From Candidatus Cloacimonadales bacterium (GTDB lineage: Bacteria > Cloacimonadota > Cloacimonadia > Cloacimonadales > JAFGVF01), in contig OY762964.1 of the NCBI GenBank assembly GCA_963667035.1, positions 608,001 through 672,000 of the forward strand: DNA of 64,000 bases. The letters are read 5' to 3'. Positions 9,802-19,982 of the stretch are shown one piece after another. Positions within the stretch are counted from its first letter, which is position 1. Each line of letters opens with the position of its first letter. The position numbers and the translations under genes are program-made. The notes below the pieces were generated by a model, which saw only the letters and a list, made by a program, of their open reading frames with translations, searched no databases and was not told the DNA's origin.

Positions 9802-11084
9802 TGTTTAGTAGAATTAAATTAATCGCTGTCATTATCTTAGTGTCCGTTAGTATGGGATTGTTTAGTGAAACTATCACCTTAGATGATGCAATCAATATTG
9901 CTTTAAAGCAAAGTGATGATATTCTAACGGCAAAAGAGGACTTAAAAAACTCAAAGTATCGATTCCGTGAAGCATTAGCAAATGCTTTCCCTAAGATTGA
10001 TGCAAGCTTAACAGCAGTTCATAAAGCTTATACATCCAATGATCTTTATGATCAACAGGAAGATAAAGCACTTGATGGTGAGATAAGCATTGTGCAGCCT
10101 CTTTGGGTTGGTGGAAAAGTCGGTACAGGCATTAAAATTGCCAAAGTTTATAGTAAGCTTTCAAAAGAATCTCTAGAAATGCAGAAAGCAAAAACTTGTG
10201 TGGCAATAACCCAAAGTTTCAATGATGTTCTATTAGCTAAAGAAGCTTATGAAGTTATCAAAGCAACAAAAACAGACGCTCTTGAAAATCTGAGAGTGGC
10301 TGAAACAATGTATGCTCAAGAATTGATTTCCGAGTATGAAGTGATTAAAGCACGAGTCGGAGTTAAATCTATTGAACCGATGCTCGTAGAATACAATAAT
10401 AATTACAGACTTGCTTTGAATAAGTTCAAGACAGACTTAGGTATGGAATTGGATGCAGATTTAGTTCTTGATGGTAAACTGGAGTATAATCCTGTTCTTC
10501 CTGATACAACTAATTATCTTCAAAGAGTACTTGATAACAGAAGAGAACTATCAATCCTAAAGAAATCAAACAAGATGTATAGACAGAGCAAGAGAATCGC
10601 CTACGGTGATTTGTTACCTACTATAGCCGCTGTGGGCTCCTTCACTTCTCAGGCAAGTCAGGATGAATTCTCTGATATGTTCAAAGATGACTTCAATATA
10701 CGCAAGTTCAATGTTGGTATCAATATTAGCATTCCTTTATTCCATGGAGACACTTATGCTAAGATTCAACAAGCTAAAAGTAGTATTAGAAAGTCTGATA
10801 TTGAGTTAAGAAAGGCAAAGAGATTACTTCAACTTGAAGCCGAGTCAACATACCGTAACCTGTTACAAGCATCAGAGCAAATCAGCTTACAGGAAGATGT
10901 TGTAAATGAGAGTCAAAAAGCTTTGGATATTGCAAATGTCAGATTTAGTAATGGCATAGGCTCACAAATAGAAGTTATTGATGCTCAAACGAATTTGCGT
11001 AACAGCCGTCTACAATTGCTTTCAGCAATTCATAATTTCACTAATTCAGTCATAGAATTCAAGTATGCAAGCGGATTATTATAA
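9801..11084 (+). CDS. TolC-family outer membrane efflux protein
   Basis: Signal peptide, ITLDDAINIAL, two OEP repeats, RFSNGIGSQIEVIDAQ. Confidence 0.88.
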   Translation: MFSRIKLIAVIILVSVSMGLFSETITLDDAINIALKQSDDILTAKEDLKNSKYRFREALANAFPKIDASLTAVHKAYTSNDLYDQQEDKALDGEISIVQPLWVGGKVGTGIKIAKVYSKLSKESLEMQKAKTCVAITQSFNDVLLAKEAYEVIKATKTDALENLRVAETMYAQELISEYEVIKARVGVKSIEPMLVEYNNNYRLALNKFKTDLGMELDADLVLDGKLEYNPVLPDTTNYLQRVLDNRRELSILKKSNKMYRQSKRIAYGDLLPTIAAVGSFTSQASQDEFSDMFKDDFNIRKFNVGINISIPLFHGDTYAKIQQAKSSIRKSDIELRKAKRLLQLEAESTYRNLLQASEQISLQEDVVNESQKALDIANVRFSNGIGSQIEVIDAQTNLRNSRLQLLSAIHNFTNSVIEFKYASGLL

Positions 11085-11094
11085 GGAGAACATC

Positions 11095-12144
11095 ATGAAA
11101 AGAATATATATTATAGCGATAGCATTAATGCTCGTATTATTAGTTGGCTGTTCATCTGAAGAGGTACAGCAACCTAAATCAATTGCAGATATTCAGGAAG
11201 CAGAAGGTATTCCTGTTAAGATAGATAAAGTTAAAACAAGTAAACTGGAAAGATGGGAAGAGTTCCAGTCAACACTTGAAGGAGCCAAAGAGTCTGAAGT
11301 GTTTGGACTTCTTAGTGATAATCTATTCCGTATTAACGTTAGTCTTGGAGACTATGTTGAAGCAGGTGAAGTAATTGCCGAGTACTCAACTGAATCTCCA
11401 ACAGCAAAGTATACACAAGCTTTTTTAGCTAAAGATATAGCAGAGAAAACTTACAATAGAATGCTTACAGTATACAATGCCGGTGGTATATCAAGACAAG
11501 ATCTTGATAATGTTAAGACACAATACGATGTCGCTATTCAGGATTTTAGAGCAGTATCTAAGATGGTAAAAGTACAAGCTCCTATTTCGGGTATAGTTTC
11601 TGAAATAAATTATGATGAAGGTGATTTTTGTTCTCCTTCATCTCCATTAGCTAAAATAGTTGATTCATCAGTACTCAAAGCAACTATAACAGTAGATGAA
11701 ACAAAGATAAACAACTTCAAAAAGAATCTACCTGCTGTTATCAGTTGGGATGCCATTGGTGGCAAAACTTTTAAAGGTAAAGTAACAGCTATCTCATTAT
11801 CAGCTAATCCTCAAAAGCGTGGCTTTGCAGTGGATGTAATGATTAATAATCATAATAACGAGCTAAAAGCAGGTGCTTTTGTAACAGTTAAAGTAAACAC
11901 AAAGACAAATGCGGAAGCTATAATTATTAACAGACTCTCAGTAGTTACCGAAAACAATAAGGATTACGTTTACGTAGTAAAAAATGACAAAGCTGTAAAA
12001 CAAAAAGTAGTTACCGGGGACGTTGTTTCTGATAAAATAGAGATAATCTCAGGACTAACACTTAACGACTCATACGTTGTTGAAGGTCAGAGCAGAGTCA
12101 AAGACGGAATTAAAGTAAATATTGTGAAAACAAATCAATCATAA
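11095..12144 (+). CDS. RND periplasmic adaptor (membrane fusion lipoprotein)
   Basis: Lipobox LVGC, VSLGDYVEAGEVIA and VQAPISGIV lipoyl halves, IEIISGL; ATG 11095 after AGGAG. Confidence 0.88.
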   Translation: MKRIYIIAIALMLVLLVGCSSEEVQQPKSIADIQEAEGIPVKIDKVKTSKLERWEEFQSTLEGAKESEVFGLLSDNLFRINVSLGDYVEAGEVIAEYSTESPTAKYTQAFLAKDIAEKTYNRMLTVYNAGGISRQDLDNVKTQYDVAIQDFRAVSKMVKVQAPISGIVSEINYDEGDFCSPSSPLAKIVDSSVLKATITVDETKINNFKKNLPAVISWDAIGGKTFKGKVTAISLSANPQKRGFAVDVMINNHNNELKAGAFVTVKVNTKTNAEAIIINRLSVVTENNKDYVYVVKNDKAVKQKVVTGDVVSDKIEIISGLTLNDSYVVEGQSRVKDGIKVNIVKTNQS

Positions 12145-12204
12145 TCACTCCAAGGGTTAGCATGTAGTATAATCCCCAATGGCTAACCCCCTCTCAAGTA
12201 GCCT

Positions 12205-12238
12205 AGAGAGTGCGTAGCCCTTACGCACTCTCTTTTTT
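12205..12238 (+). terminator. Rho-independent terminator of the efflux operon
   Basis: AGAGAGTGCGTA/TACGCACTCTCT stem followed by a T tract. Confidence 0.85.
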
Positions 12239-12332
12239 ATGGATTAATTTAACACTTATATGAATTCTTCCAAGATTTTTGTTGCTAAAGTATTTGCTTA
12301 TGCTAAACAATGAGTAACTATTAGGAGGTGTA

Positions 12333-13268
12333 ATGAGTAAGAAAGAAATTGAGTGGTCTGATAGTAAGTATAAGAAGATGTTGATTGAGCAGCGAAGAGA
12401 TTTATGGAATAAAGATACAATTGAAATGCTCTCAAAGTGGTTTGGTTTACATTCAGGTATGAAAGTAGCGGATATTGGTTGTGGATTAGGTTATTTAGGT
12501 TTAACATTCTGGGAGTATTTCGGTGATGCAGGTTCATATACCGGGGTTGATAAATCACAAAACCTTGTAACCGAGGCTAAGGATATGGCAAAAGAGTGGA
12601 GTCAGAATGGTAATGTAAACTTTATTCATGGTGATGTGTATAACTTACCATTAGATAATGACTCATACGATGTTGTGATGTGTCAGACTCTTCTCATGCA
12701 TCTTGAGTTTCCTGATAAGGCTTTACAGGAGATGAAAAGAATTCTCAAGTCGGGAGGATTGATTGTTTGTATAGAACCTGATAATCTATGCAATTCAACA
12801 AGACCGGTAGTCTCATCTCTTGTTGATGAATCTCTGGAAGATTTACTGCTACGTACTAAGATTTATTATTATAGATTTAAGGGGTATAAAAAGCTTGGTT
12901 ATGGAGATTTTACAATTGGTTCAAAGTTACCTAAACTTCTCTCAGAGGCCGGATTTAGTAATATAGACGCAAGAGCCGGTGACAAAATAAGGTTTACAAT
13001 ACCACCTTATGGTGAGGATATGCATACAAAAGCTAAAGAAGCTGATAACAAAAGTGTAGATAAATCAAGTGAAAAAGATTGGAAGCAATCAACCAGAAGA
13101 GATGTACTAGCAGGGGGAGGTACAGAATACCTACTCCGAAAGTACTTCAAGATGAATGAGAAGTATAGGGAGATGAGTAAAGCGAGAGTTCTTAAGCAAA
13201 TAGAAGAAGATGAATATTATAGTTTTAGTTTTCATAATCTCTATGTTGCTATAGGAAGAAAAGAATAG
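12333..13268 (+). CDS. Class I SAM-dependent methyltransferase
   Basis: VADIGCGLG, GDVYNLPLDNDSYDVV, ALQEMKRILKSGG. Confidence 0.85.
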   Translation: MSKKEIEWSDSKYKKMLIEQRRDLWNKDTIEMLSKWFGLHSGMKVADIGCGLGYLGLTFWEYFGDAGSYTGVDKSQNLVTEAKDMAKEWSQNGNVNFIHGDVYNLPLDNDSYDVVMCQTLLMHLEFPDKALQEMKRILKSGGLIVCIEPDNLCNSTRPVVSSLVDESLEDLLLRTKIYYYRFKGYKKLGYGDFTIGSKLPKLLSEAGFSNIDARAGDKIRFTIPPYGEDMHTKAKEADNKSVDKSSEKDWKQSTRRDVLAGGGTEYLLRKYFKMNEKYREMSKARVLKQIEEDEYYSFSFHNLYVAIGRKE

Positions 13269-13288
13269 GAATTATATACAAATAAACT

Positions 13289-13311
13289 AGCCCGAAGTAG
13301 TGCTTCGGGCT
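13289..13311. terminator. Hairpin between convergent genes (probable bidirectional terminator)
   Basis: AGCCCGAAG-TAGTG-CTTCGGGCT. Confidence 0.7.
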
Positions 13312-13327
13312 TATTCATAATAAAACT

Positions 13328-13807
13328 TTATAGTAGTTCCGTCATCTGACCGGTTTCTACATTAACTTTGATTAACTCAACTCCTGCTTCTTTCATCATT
13401 TCTTCAGCAAGCTGATCATTATAAGGCTCAGCAATATAAACCTTCTTTATTTCCGAGTTTATAATAATTTTAGCACAGATACTACAGGGTTGATTTGTAC
13501 AGTAAAGCTCAGCACCTTTGATTGAATGGCCATTTACTGCCGCTTGAATAATGGCGTTTTGCTCAGCATGAACTCCACGACACATTTCATGTCTTTGACC
13601 GGAAGGTATGTTCATTTGTTGTCGGAGACAACCTGTTTGGGAACAGTGTCTAACACCTTTGGGAGATCCATTGTATCCCGTTGATAGTATTTGGTTGTTT
13701 CTAACTATTACAGCTCCGACTTTACGTCTGAGGCAAGTTGACCGTTCGGAAGCTAAGTAAGCCATCTTCATAAAATACTGTTGCCAATATGGACGATTAT
13801 CTGACAT
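13328..13807 (-). CDS. dCMP deaminase (ComEB-like)
   Basis: [28 protein letters not shown] zinc motifs. Confidence 0.9.
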   Translation of the reverse strand: MSDNRPYWQQYFMKMAYLASERSTCLRRKVGAVIVRNNQILSTGYNGSPKGVRHCSQTGCLRQQMNIPSGQRHEMCRGVHAEQNAIIQAAVNGHSIKGAELYCTNQPCSICAKIIINSEIKKVYIAEPYNDQLAEEMMKEAGVELIKVNVETGQMTELL

Positions 13808-13888
13808 CTTAATCCCCTTTTTTATGTTGCGATAAGCATAACCTTATTTATAACTTGTCAAGTGGCATTTGTCGTAAAATCTGGAAAC

Positions 13889-15133
13889 ATGAATATGAAT
13901 ATAAAACCAATAACCAAACTACATGGAACTTTAAAGCTTTCAGGCTCTAAGTCAATTTTACAAAGAATACTGTTAATATCTCTATTCTTGAAAGATGAAA
14001 TGAGTGTTACTAACTGGAGTGATTCAGAAGATGTAAGAGAAATGGCAAAGGCGATAGGTGTTGAAGCGATAGAAAATCAGGTAACTTTAAATGACACTTG
14101 TCTCCGTAGCCGTTTCCATATAGAGGAATCAGCAACAGCACTCCGTTTTCTGATGGTTTATGCTTCTCTTCAAGCCGGGAAAGAGACGATAATAAGTATA
14201 GGGGAGAGGTTATCAGAAAGACCGCATGATGAACTCATAAAAACTATGATAACTTTAGGAGCAACTATTGCAAAAAACAATCGAGATATTGTTGTTTTAG
14301 GAGCCAATCCTAAAGTAGAAAGCTTGGTTATAGATGCCGGTATTAGTAGCCAATATATCTCAGCTCTACTGTTATGTGCTCCATGCTTTGAAAAGGGTCT
14401 AACAATACAAATTAATTCTCCTATTGTTTCTAAGAATTATATTGATCTCACCATAGCATTAATGGATGAGTTCGGTATTCAGATAGAGGAGAAAGAGAGC
14501 ACATACATCATTCCTGCCCAAAGCAGATATAATGCTAAATCAGAGTTTACTTGTGAAGCCGATTTATCTTCAGCAGTTTATCCATTGAGCTTAGGTTTGT
14601 TCTCGGAAGAGGGGATAGGAGTAACCCCGATTTCGAATCACACTAAACAACCCGATTTTGTGTTCTGGAAGTTGCTTTCTGATGCTGGGGCTGATATAAA
14701 ATTGCATTATACGGAGAAAACAGAAGAGACCGTTCTTATTGCTAAGAAATCAGATTATAAAGGGTTTAACTTTAATGCGAGAAGAGCTCCGGACCTTGTA
14801 CCTGTATTATCGATATTAGCCTTGTTTGCTACTACCGAGACTGTTATTTATAATGTAGGGTATTTGAAACATAAAGAATCGGACAGAGTGACCGGAATCA
14901 TTGAGAATCTGAAACTAATAGGAGCGGAGATTAACTTGGATGAAGATATGTTAAAGATTAATCCGCTTACTGTCGAACCAAATGAGATTGAGTTGGATTC
15001 CTACAACGACCATAGACTTGCTATGTCTTTCTATATTTTAAATCAGTTATTTCCGCAAGTCAGTGTTAATAGCATGAGCTCTGTTAAAAAATCCTACTCG
15101 AATTTTGTAAGTGACATTAACAGTTTAAGATAG
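13889..15133 (+). CDS. aroA: 3-phosphoshikimate 1-carboxyvinyltransferase (EPSP synthase)
   Basis: GSKS..R, ESATALRF, SSQYISALL, PDL, KESDR, DHRLAM, KSY motifs; exact start uncertain (13862-13895). Confidence 0.85.
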   Translation: MNMNIKPITKLHGTLKLSGSKSILQRILLISLFLKDEMSVTNWSDSEDVREMAKAIGVEAIENQVTLNDTCLRSRFHIEESATALRFLMVYASLQAGKETIISIGERLSERPHDELIKTMITLGATIAKNNRDIVVLGANPKVESLVIDAGISSQYISALLLCAPCFEKGLTIQINSPIVSKNYIDLTIALMDEFGIQIEEKESTYIIPAQSRYNAKSEFTCEADLSSAVYPLSLGLFSEEGIGVTPISNHTKQPDFVFWKLLSDAGADIKLHYTEKTEETVLIAKKSDYKGFNFNARRAPDLVPVLSILALFATTETVIYNVGYLKHKESDRVTGIIENLKLIGAEINLDEDMLKINPLTVEPNEIELDSYNDHRLAMSFYILNQLFPQVSVNSMSSVKKSYSNFVSDINSLR

Positions 15134-15153
15134 GAATATAGAAGGTTTTAGAG

Positions 15154-15181
15154 TACAAGGCACTAGTTTAAGTGCCTTGTA
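15154..15181 (+). terminator. Hairpin after aroA
   Basis: TACAAGGCACT-AGTTTA-AGTGCCTTGTA perfect 11-bp stem. Confidence 0.7.
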
Positions 15182-15249
15182 GATTAAATTCAATTTTTAT
15201 TTAAAGATCATATTCTGCTCTTCTTCATTGCATCCATCAATAATGCCGT

Positions 15250-15378
15250 AGTTTCCCACTGTTTTTCCACTGTGCGGGTACTGTCAACCCGGTGTTTCAG
15301 TGGGTGGATAGTGCATTAGCAGTGCCTGCACAGTGCAAAAACAGTGCGTTGGTAGGACCTGCAATGTGAGAAAACAGT
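15250..15378 (-). repeat. Dispersed 11-bp-phased CACTG/CAGTG element, copy 2 (inverted relative to copy 1)
   Basis: (C/T)ACTG at 15257, 15268, 15279; (C/T)AGTG at 15298, 15309, 15320, 15331, 15342; shared CCCGGTGTTTCAGTG core. Confidence 0.9.
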
Positions 15379-15531
15379 TGATGATAAGTATTTGATGTAA
15401 GTTACTGAAAATGCACTGAGTAAGTAGATTGTTTGAAATGGAAATAACTCTCTGCAAGTCAAAACTCATTTTTCTGATATATACAGTATAATTTGTAAAT
15501 AAGGTGAATGTCAAAGTAGTTTTATGAATGA

Positions 15532-15563
15532 ATAAAAGGCAACTCGAATAAGTTGCCTTTTAT
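15532..15563 (-). terminator. Terminator hairpin after arcC
   Basis: ATAAAAGGCAACT-CGAATA-AGTTGCCTTTTAT. Confidence 0.78.
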
Positions 15564-15581
15564 AGAAACTGTATGGTTAAA

Positions 15582-16526
15582 CTACATAGTGATAATTGTT
15601 CCTGTTTTACCCTCTAGAGCTTCAGTTAAGAATTCATGAGAAGTGATGATAACTCTCTTACCACCTTTCTCAAGATAATCAATAGCAGCTAAAATTTTTG
15701 GTCCCATACTACCTTTAGGGAAATGACCTTCGTCATAGTATTGTTTAGCTTTTGCTGTACTAAGGGTAGAAAGCTCTTCCATATCAGGTTTACCCCAGTT
15801 AATGGCTACTTTCTCTACACCGGTTAGAATTATAAGAGTATCAGCATCAATTTGGTTTGCAAGTAAAGCAGATGCAAAGTCCTTATCAATTACAGCATCA
15901 ACACCCTCTAAAGTATTGTTATTCTCTACATAAACAGGGATTCCGCCACCACCACACGAGATAACAATAGTGCCTTGTTCCATTAATTGCTTAATTGATT
16001 TAGCAGGAATAATATCTTTTGGTTTTGGTGAAGGAACCACCTGACGCCATCCGCGTCCTGCATCTTCTGTCATAGCCCAGCCGTATGCTTCTTGAAGAGC
16101 TTTAGCTTGTTCTTCAGTATAGAATGGGCCAACAGGTTTGGTTGGATTACTCATGCTCGGGTCATTCTTATCAACAACAATCTGAGTGAGTATTACCGCT
16201 ACTTCAGGTTCAAGTCCGGCTTTCTTAAGGATGTTTTGAAGACTTTGGTCAATCATGTATCCCATTGTACCTTCTGTGGCAGCATTAAGAACTCCAAGTG
16301 GAAGTGGTGCAACACCACGTTCGATACCTGCATTTTGCTGGATAAGCATGTTCCCGACTTGAGGACCATTTCCATGAGAAATAGCAATTTGATAACCATC
16401 TTTAATTAACTGTGCAATCCCGTTAAGACTTTCTCGGGTATTGGCAAACTGTTCTGTGATAGTTCCTTTTTGTCCGGCTTGGATAATAGCATTACCACCA
16501 AGAGCCAAAACGATTTTCTTATTCAT
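15582..16526 (-). CDS. arcC: Carbamate kinase
   Basis: ALGGNA, SHGNGPQVG, PTKPVGPFY, GGGGIPV, AVIDKD, GSMGPK. Confidence 0.95.
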   Translation of the reverse strand: MNKKIVLALGGNAIIQAGQKGTITEQFANTRESLNGIAQLIKDGYQIAISHGNGPQVGNMLIQQNAGIERGVAPLPLGVLNAATEGTMGYMIDQSLQNILKKAGLEPEVAVILTQIVVDKNDPSMSNPTKPVGPFYTEEQAKALQEAYGWAMTEDAGRGWRQVVPSPKPKDIIPAKSIKQLMEQGTIVISCGGGGIPVYVENNNTLEGVDAVIDKDFASALLANQIDADTLIILTGVEKVAINWGKPDMEELSTLSTAKAKQYYDEGHFPKGSMGPKILAAIDYLEKGGKRVIITSHEFLTEALEGKTGTIITM

Positions 16527-16554
16527 ATAATTCTCCCGATTCTTTTTCTGAAAA

Positions 16555-16588
16555 ACAAAGTAGGAGACGGTTAAATCTCCTACTTTGT
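16555..16588 (-). terminator. Hairpin between the arcE-like gene and arcC
   Basis: ACAAAGTAGGAGA-CGGTTAAA-TCTCCTACTTTGT. Confidence 0.7.
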
Positions 16589-16615
16589 ATAATTTATATA
16601 TCTACTAATGTCAGA

Positions 16616-17935
16616 TTAAAAGCCTCTTTCTGAAAGAAGGTCAGCAAGAGTTGGTTTACCAATCTCCTGAAGGTCATAACTAACACGAGTAGACGGCTGA
16701 CTAATTTTAACTATTCTTCTCAGATCTATTGGAGTACCAATAACAACAGCATCGCATTCTGTTCTTTTGATAGTCTCTTCAAGATCTTTAATCTGTTGGT
16801 CACCATAACCCATGGCAGGAAGAAGAACACCAATTTCGGGATATTTCTCGAAAGTTTCCTTTATCTCACCAACAGCCCATGGTCGTGGATCAACCAGGTC
16901 GGCAGCACCGCATTTCTCAGCAGCAACAACACCCGCACCGTAAGTCATTTCACCATGAGTGAGAGTAGGACCATCTTCTACAACCAGCACATTCTTGCCA
17001 AGTAATAAATCAGGATCCTCAACAGTTAATGGAGATGCAGCTTCAACAATCTTAGCTGTAGGATTGATTGCACGACAATTCTCTCTTACTTCTTGAATGT
17101 CATCAAGGTCCGCTGAGTCTATCTTATTAATAACAATAATGTCTGCTAAGCGAACATTTGTTTCTCCAGGATAATAACTAATCTCATGACCTGGTCTATG
17201 AGGATCTACAACAACGATGTTAACCTCTTGGTCAGAAGTATAGAAAGGTGTATCATTGTTCCCACCATCCCAAAGAATAACATCAGCTTCTTTCTCTGCT
17301 TCACGTACTATAGCTTCATAATCAACACCGGCATAAATAATGCTTCCCATGGCAATATGCGGTTCATATTCTTCCATCTCTTCAATGGTGCATTTATGTT
17401 TTGCTAAGTCATCAATAGTCTCATATCTCTGAACTTTCTGAGCAACAAGATCACCATAAGGCATAGGGTGGCGTATGGAAACAACCTTTTTACCGATGCT
17501 CTTGAGATAACGAACAACGGCTCTGGTTGTTTGGCTTTTACCACAACCTGTTCTTACTGCACAAATTGTAATGAGAGGTTTAGTTGTTTTAACACGACCA
17601 TGTTTTTCGCCCATGAGCATGAAATCAGCTCCGGCAGCATTAACCATAGCAGCATTATGCATAACTCTTTCGTATGGGAGATCGCTATAAGCGAGAACAA
17701 CTATATCTATATCATGTTCCTTTATGAGTTCGGGAACCTTAGCTTCAGGCAGAATAGGAATACCATTGGGGTAGAGCTTACCCGCTAATTCAGCAGGATA
17801 TTTTTTGTCATCAATGCCCGGAATCTGAGTCGCAGTAAATGCAATAACATCATACTCCTCATTATCTCTAAAATAGTTGTTGAAATTGTGGAAATCTCTT
17901 CCAGCAGCACCCATAATGATAACTTTCTTTTTCAT
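16616..17935 (-). CDS. Cyclic 2,3-diphosphoglycerate synthetase-like P-loop protein; probable arginine synthetase (ArcE-type)
   Basis: IMGAAGRDFHNFN, AVRTGCGKSQ P-loop, RHPMPYG, EEYEPH, WDGGNND, EDGPTLTHG; directly upstream of arcC. Confidence 0.72.
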   Translation of the reverse strand: MKKKVIIMGAAGRDFHNFNNYFRDNEEYDVIAFTATQIPGIDDKKYPAELAGKLYPNGIPILPEAKVPELIKEHDIDIVVLAYSDLPYERVMHNAAMVNAAGADFMLMGEKHGRVKTTKPLITICAVRTGCGKSQTTRAVVRYLKSIGKKVVSIRHPMPYGDLVAQKVQRYETIDDLAKHKCTIEEMEEYEPHIAMGSIIYAGVDYEAIVREAEKEADVILWDGGNNDTPFYTSDQEVNIVVVDPHRPGHEISYYPGETNVRLADIIVINKIDSADLDDIQEVRENCRAINPTAKIVEAASPLTVEDPDLLLGKNVLVVEDGPTLTHGEMTYGAGVVAAEKCGAADLVDPRPWAVGEIKETFEKYPEIGVLLPAMGYGDQQIKDLEETIKRTECDAVVIGTPIDLRRIVKISQPSTRVSYDLQEIGKPTLADLLSERGF

Positions 17936-18495
17936 GGAAACTCCTTTCTAATTGGATTTCCACCAAAACTGGGGCTAGAAGATAATCAGTCAAGAAAAAT
18001 TTGGGCTAATAATTGGCAATACTTTTTTTGATTATTCTTAGTTGGCAATAAGTAGCCTTCTTTGCCAAAAATGCACTTGATGGTTAATGCATTAGATGCT
18101 AAAGATATAAACTACCACTTTTGCTTTAGGATATAACTTGTTAATAGAGGATATTTTTCTTAACCTATGAATTAACTGAATCTTATTCGGATTTATAAAT
18201 ATATCGAATATGCAAATGATTTCGATGATAGAGGTAGTTTAATATTGCTTTTTTTGAATTCAATAAAACATCTGCTAACATTGGAATAAATGGAATTTTG
18301 TTGGGTAATCTATGGCAATAATGACAAGGTTATATGAAATTATATGCGTAATACTTAGTTTTATGATTATATTGTAAAAAGTTAATTGTGAATGATAGAG
18401 TTAAGATTTCACTTGACAGCATAACTCTTGAAGCAATACCATTAAGTTGAGGTAAATTCATTTCGAGTGAATGGCGGTATGAATGTTTCCTATTC

Positions 18496-19452
18496 ATGGA
18501 GGAGCGGATGAAAGAAAAAGTCATTCTTATGGTTATTAAGGAAAGAAAACGAGAGCAGTTAATAGAAGCTTTAAAAGATAATTATTCAGTGAAAGTCAGT
18601 GATATATTTTCTGAACTTCCTCTTGATGGAAACTATGTGTTGATGGATGGAGAAATAAGAGATGATCAGATAAATCTAACTAATCATTTGATAAAATCCA
18701 ATAATGAGTTAAAGAAAACTAATTTGCATTTGGAACAGAGACTTAGGCTTAAAATTGCTGAGTTGATGGAGATGCAGAAGGAGTTGGAAACTCTTAGTAA
18801 ATCAATATCCTATGACCTTAGAACACCATTAAGAGCAATATCAGGTTTTGGACAGTTGCTATTAGAAGAGTATAGCCAAAATTTTGACGAAGAAGGTAAA
18901 AGGCTAAGCGAGATTGTTAATAGTAATGTAGAAAAAATGAACGAGCTCATAGATGCTCTTCTTAGCTATTCTCATTTTAACCGATATGAGATACAGTCTG
19001 TTGATATTGATATGAACAAAATCGTGCAATCGGTTTACAAAGAGTTAACTACAGTGGTTGCAAGAGAGAGTATAGATTTCATAGTGGAGGAGTTGCCTAA
19101 TGCTTATGGTGATCCTCTTCTGATTAGAAAAGTATGGTATATTCTTATATCTAATGCTTTAAAATTCACAAAATACAACCAGATAAGGAAAATAACAATA
19201 TCAGCTAAAGAATTGAGTAAAGAGTTTGTCTATAAGATAAAAGATAATGGTGTTGGGTTCGATATGGAGTATTCTGATAAGCTATTTAACACTTTTCAGA
19301 AGCTACATAGCGATTCTAAGTTTGAAGGAGTAGGAATGGGCTTAGCTTTAGCGAGAAGAGCTATAAAACTACATAATGGATTGATTTGGGGTGAAGGTGC
19401 TATCAATAAAGGTGCTTCCTTCCAGTTTACATTGCCCAAATATTCTACGTAA
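18496..19452 (+). CDS. Sensor-less histidine kinase-like protein (H-box His replaced by Tyr)
   Basis: SISYDLRTPLRAISGF H-box, LISNALKF, DNGVGFD, FEGVGMGLAL. Confidence 0.8.
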   Translation: MEERMKEKVILMVIKERKREQLIEALKDNYSVKVSDIFSELPLDGNYVLMDGEIRDDQINLTNHLIKSNNELKKTNLHLEQRLRLKIAELMEMQKELETLSKSISYDLRTPLRAISGFGQLLLEEYSQNFDEEGKRLSEIVNSNVEKMNELIDALLSYSHFNRYEIQSVDIDMNKIVQSVYKELTTVVARESIDFIVEELPNAYGDPLLIRKVWYILISNALKFTKYNQIRKITISAKELSKEFVYKIKDNGVGFDMEYSDKLFNTFQKLHSDSKFEGVGMGLALARRAIKLHNGLIWGEGAINKGASFQFTLPKYST

Positions 19453-19526
19453 CAAAGGTAGTATGAGTATAATTATTAAAAGTAGGAAGTTCGCAAGTAT
19501 GACTCATAGCATTCTGGAGGTGGCAT

Positions 19527-19967
19527 TTGGATAATAATTCATTTGATATATTGTTGGTTGAAGATAATCCCAATGATGCAGAACTAATAATAAGAGCCCT
19601 TGCTAGGGCTGAGATAACCAATAAGTTGATTCATCTTGAGGATGGAGCCGAAGCTTTGGACTTTATCTTTGCAGAGGGTAAGTATGATTCACGTAACAAG
19701 ACAGTTCTCCCTAAACTATTAATGTTAGACCTTAAACTGCCTAGAGTAACAGGATTGGAAGTGCTTGAAGCTTTGAGAAAAAAAGAAGAGACAAAACTTT
19801 TGCCTGTTGTTATAGTTACCTCGTCAATGGAAGATAGAGATGTTCAGAAAGCTTATTCTCTGGGAGTGAACAGTTTTATAGTGAAACCGGTTGATTTTTC
19901 TAAATTCATTCAGACAATTAAAATGGTTGGTAATTATTGGCTGAATGTTAACCACCAACTTCAGTAA
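19527..19967 (+). CDS. Single-domain response regulator (Rcp1/phytochrome-associated type)
   Basis: ILLVEDNPND, LDLKLP, TSS, GVNSFIVKP, YW; TTG start after GGAGG. Confidence 0.88.
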   Translation: MDNNSFDILLVEDNPNDAELIIRALARAEITNKLIHLEDGAEALDFIFAEGKYDSRNKTVLPKLLMLDLKLPRVTGLEVLEALRKKEETKLLPVVIVTSSMEDRDVQKAYSLGVNSFIVKPVDFSKFIQTIKMVGNYWLNVNHQLQ

Positions 19968-19982
19968 GGAATATGAATAAAT

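Noticed and set aside
15329..15346. CACAGTG heptamer followed by CAAAAAC, resembling a V(D)J recombination signal
   Set aside because: No 12/23-bp spacer plus nonamer and no RAG/Transib-like gene; the heptamer is simply the unit of the 11-bp array.
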